This document shows, in pieces, positions 5,889 through 7,046 of a stretch of 7,046 nucleotides of DNA. The notes under the pieces were generated by a model. It did no database searches and was not told where the DNA came from. It saw nothing but the letters and a program-made list of their open reading frames with translations. The translations under genes were made by a program, and so were the position numbers. The stretch is from a virus (taxonomy: Duplodnaviria; Heunggongvirae; Uroviricota; Caudoviricetes): IMG/VR virus record IMGVR_UViG_2609459803_000005. The stretch is one strand, 5' to 3'. How positions within the stretch are numbered: position 1 is the stretch's first letter; each line of letters starts with the position of its first letter.

Positions 5889-7046
5889 TCACTCCACCTT
5901 TTCATCAAGCCAATCCGCCCACCACTGCATCATTTCTCTGCGCTTATCGAGATACTGAGCATGGTTGTAAATACCGCGCACAGATCCGCCGTTGGCATGT
6001 GCCAGTTGCACTTCAATAGCGTCAGCAGGCCATTCGTGCTCGTTCATAATCGTGCTGAATTCATGCCTGAATCCGTGACCGCTTTCCAGACCCTCATAGC
6101 CGATTTGTTTGATCACAAGTAGCACCGCGTTCTCGCAAATTGGCTTCTTCTTATCGTTGCGCCCGGAAAAAACAAACTCTGATACTGGTTTAGTGATTGA
6201 GCTTAGTGTAGTGAGAAGTTCAACCACCTGGTCTGACATCGGGACCACATGAATTTTGCGTCCCTTCATTACACTGGCGTCGATGGTGATAATCCTGTTT
6301 TCAAAATCGACGTTCTTCCATAGCATGGAGCGAAGCTCTTTCGTTCTTAGGGCTGTGTAGCGCAAAACTTTAGTCGCAATGAGCGATACGATACTTCCTG
6401 AAAATGTTGCCAGTGCTTTATTGAATGCCGGGATCTGGTCTGCAGGAAGAAACGGGAAGTTTTTCTTGCGGTATCCCTTCATGGCGTCAGCAAGGTCAGG
6501 TGCCGGGTTATATTTAGCCCTACCAGTGACAATAGCGTAACGGAAAACCTCGCCGCATCTTCTGCGGGCTTTATTTGCTCGCTCCATTGCACCGCGATCT
6601 TCAAATCTGCGGATTACTTCCAGCAGTTGCATCGGCTCAATCTCCTGAATTTCAAGGCCGCCGATGATAGGTAAAATGTCGTCATCAAACATTTTTGCAA
6701 GTTCAGTCGCATACCCTACTGACCATACTTGCTTCTTGTGCTCGTACCATTCCTTGTAAATCGCACTAAATGAATTGTTGTTAGACGAAGCCTTTTTCGC
6801 CTTTACCGGATCGATGCCAACCGAGATGTCTTTCCTCGCAGTCCATGCCTTATCCCTTGCTTCCTGCAAAGTCATAAGCGGATATTTTCCGACGGTCAGG
6901 ATTTTCTCCTTACCGTCAATCTTGTAGCGAAGCTGCCATACCTTTTTCCCGGATACAGGAACATAAAGGTACAGGCCATTACCATCGAGAAGGCGGTATG
7001 GTTTTTCTTTCGGCTTTGCTGCTTCAATCTGCTTAACGGTGAGCAT
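5889..7046 (-). CDS. intS: Tyrosine recombinase, P4-type prophage integrase (IntS-like, CPS-53/KpLE1 family)
   Basis: Complete 385-aa ORF. Tyrosine-recombinase catalytic residues are visible near the C-terminus (HGFRHEFST with H-x-x-R, and VRGIYNHAQY with the catalytic Tyr). The start codon is the last triplet of the window, so the expected tRNA attachment site lies outside it. Symbol inferred from the dsdC-proximal context and my memory of K-12 IntS. Confidence 0.88.
   Translation of the reverse strand: MLTVKQIEAAKPKEKPYRLLDGNGLYLYVPVSGKKVWQLRYKIDGKEKILTVGKYPLMTLQEARDKAWTARKDISVGIDPVKAKKASSNNNSFSAIYKEWYEHKKQVWSVGYATELAKMFDDDILPIIGGLEIQEIEPMQLLEVIRRFEDRGAMERANKARRRCGEVFRYAIVTGRAKYNPAPDLADAMKGYRKKNFPFLPADQIPAFNKALATFSGSIVSLIATKVLRYTALRTKELRSMLWKNVDFENRIITIDASVMKGRKIHVVPMSDQVVELLTTLSSITKPVSEFVFSGRNDKKKPICENAVLLVIKQIGYEGLESGHGFRHEFSTIMNEHEWPADAIEVQLAHANGGSVRGIYNHAQYLDKRREMMQWWADWLDEKVE

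Noticed and set aside
5883-5902. Small hairpin GGTGGA-TCAC-TCCACC followed by TTTT on the plus strand, at the integrase stop codon
   Set aside because: Only a 6-bp stem, and it would terminate plus-strand (antisense) transcription; it overlaps integrase coding sequence; probably incidental.
5364-5958. ORFs 5364..5597 (-) and 5755..5958 (+)
   Set aside because: The first is an alternative frame inside the 200-aa gene; the second overlaps the integrase 3' end antisense.
1-7046. CRISPR arrays, rRNA or tRNA genes (including the expected argW attachment site)
   Set aside because: No regularly spaced direct repeats and no tRNA-like sequence seen; the integrase start is at the window edge, so the tRNA would lie outside the window.

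Overview
This window looks like a decayed prophage remnant at what I take to be the E. coli argW/dsdC locus (locus assignment from memory, not a search). Left to right: (1) the 5' part of a dsdC-like LysR-family regulator gene, apparently truncated after about 130 codons and running into phage DNA; (2) a G-segment-like invertible tail-fibre cassette, with a 5'-truncated tail-fibre gene, two convergent tail-fibre assembly genes, a silent alternative fibre 3' segment, paired inverted crossover sites, and a Gin/Pin/Cin/Hin-family serine DNA invertase; (3) an AT-richer two-gene cargo cassette of unknown function on the minus strand, encoding a 200-aa protein with one N-terminal hydrophobic helix and a 299-aa protein, separated by an unusually long dyad-rich spacer of about 480 bp; (4) a complete P4-type tyrosine integrase (IntS-like) ending at the right edge. 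The cargo cassette sits between the integrase and the tail-fibre genes, the classic moron position, and is the best candidate for an undescribed system, possibly anti-phage or superinfection exclusion. No tRNA, rRNA or CRISPR array was seen. All calls come from reading the sequence and ORF track by eye; no database search was run.
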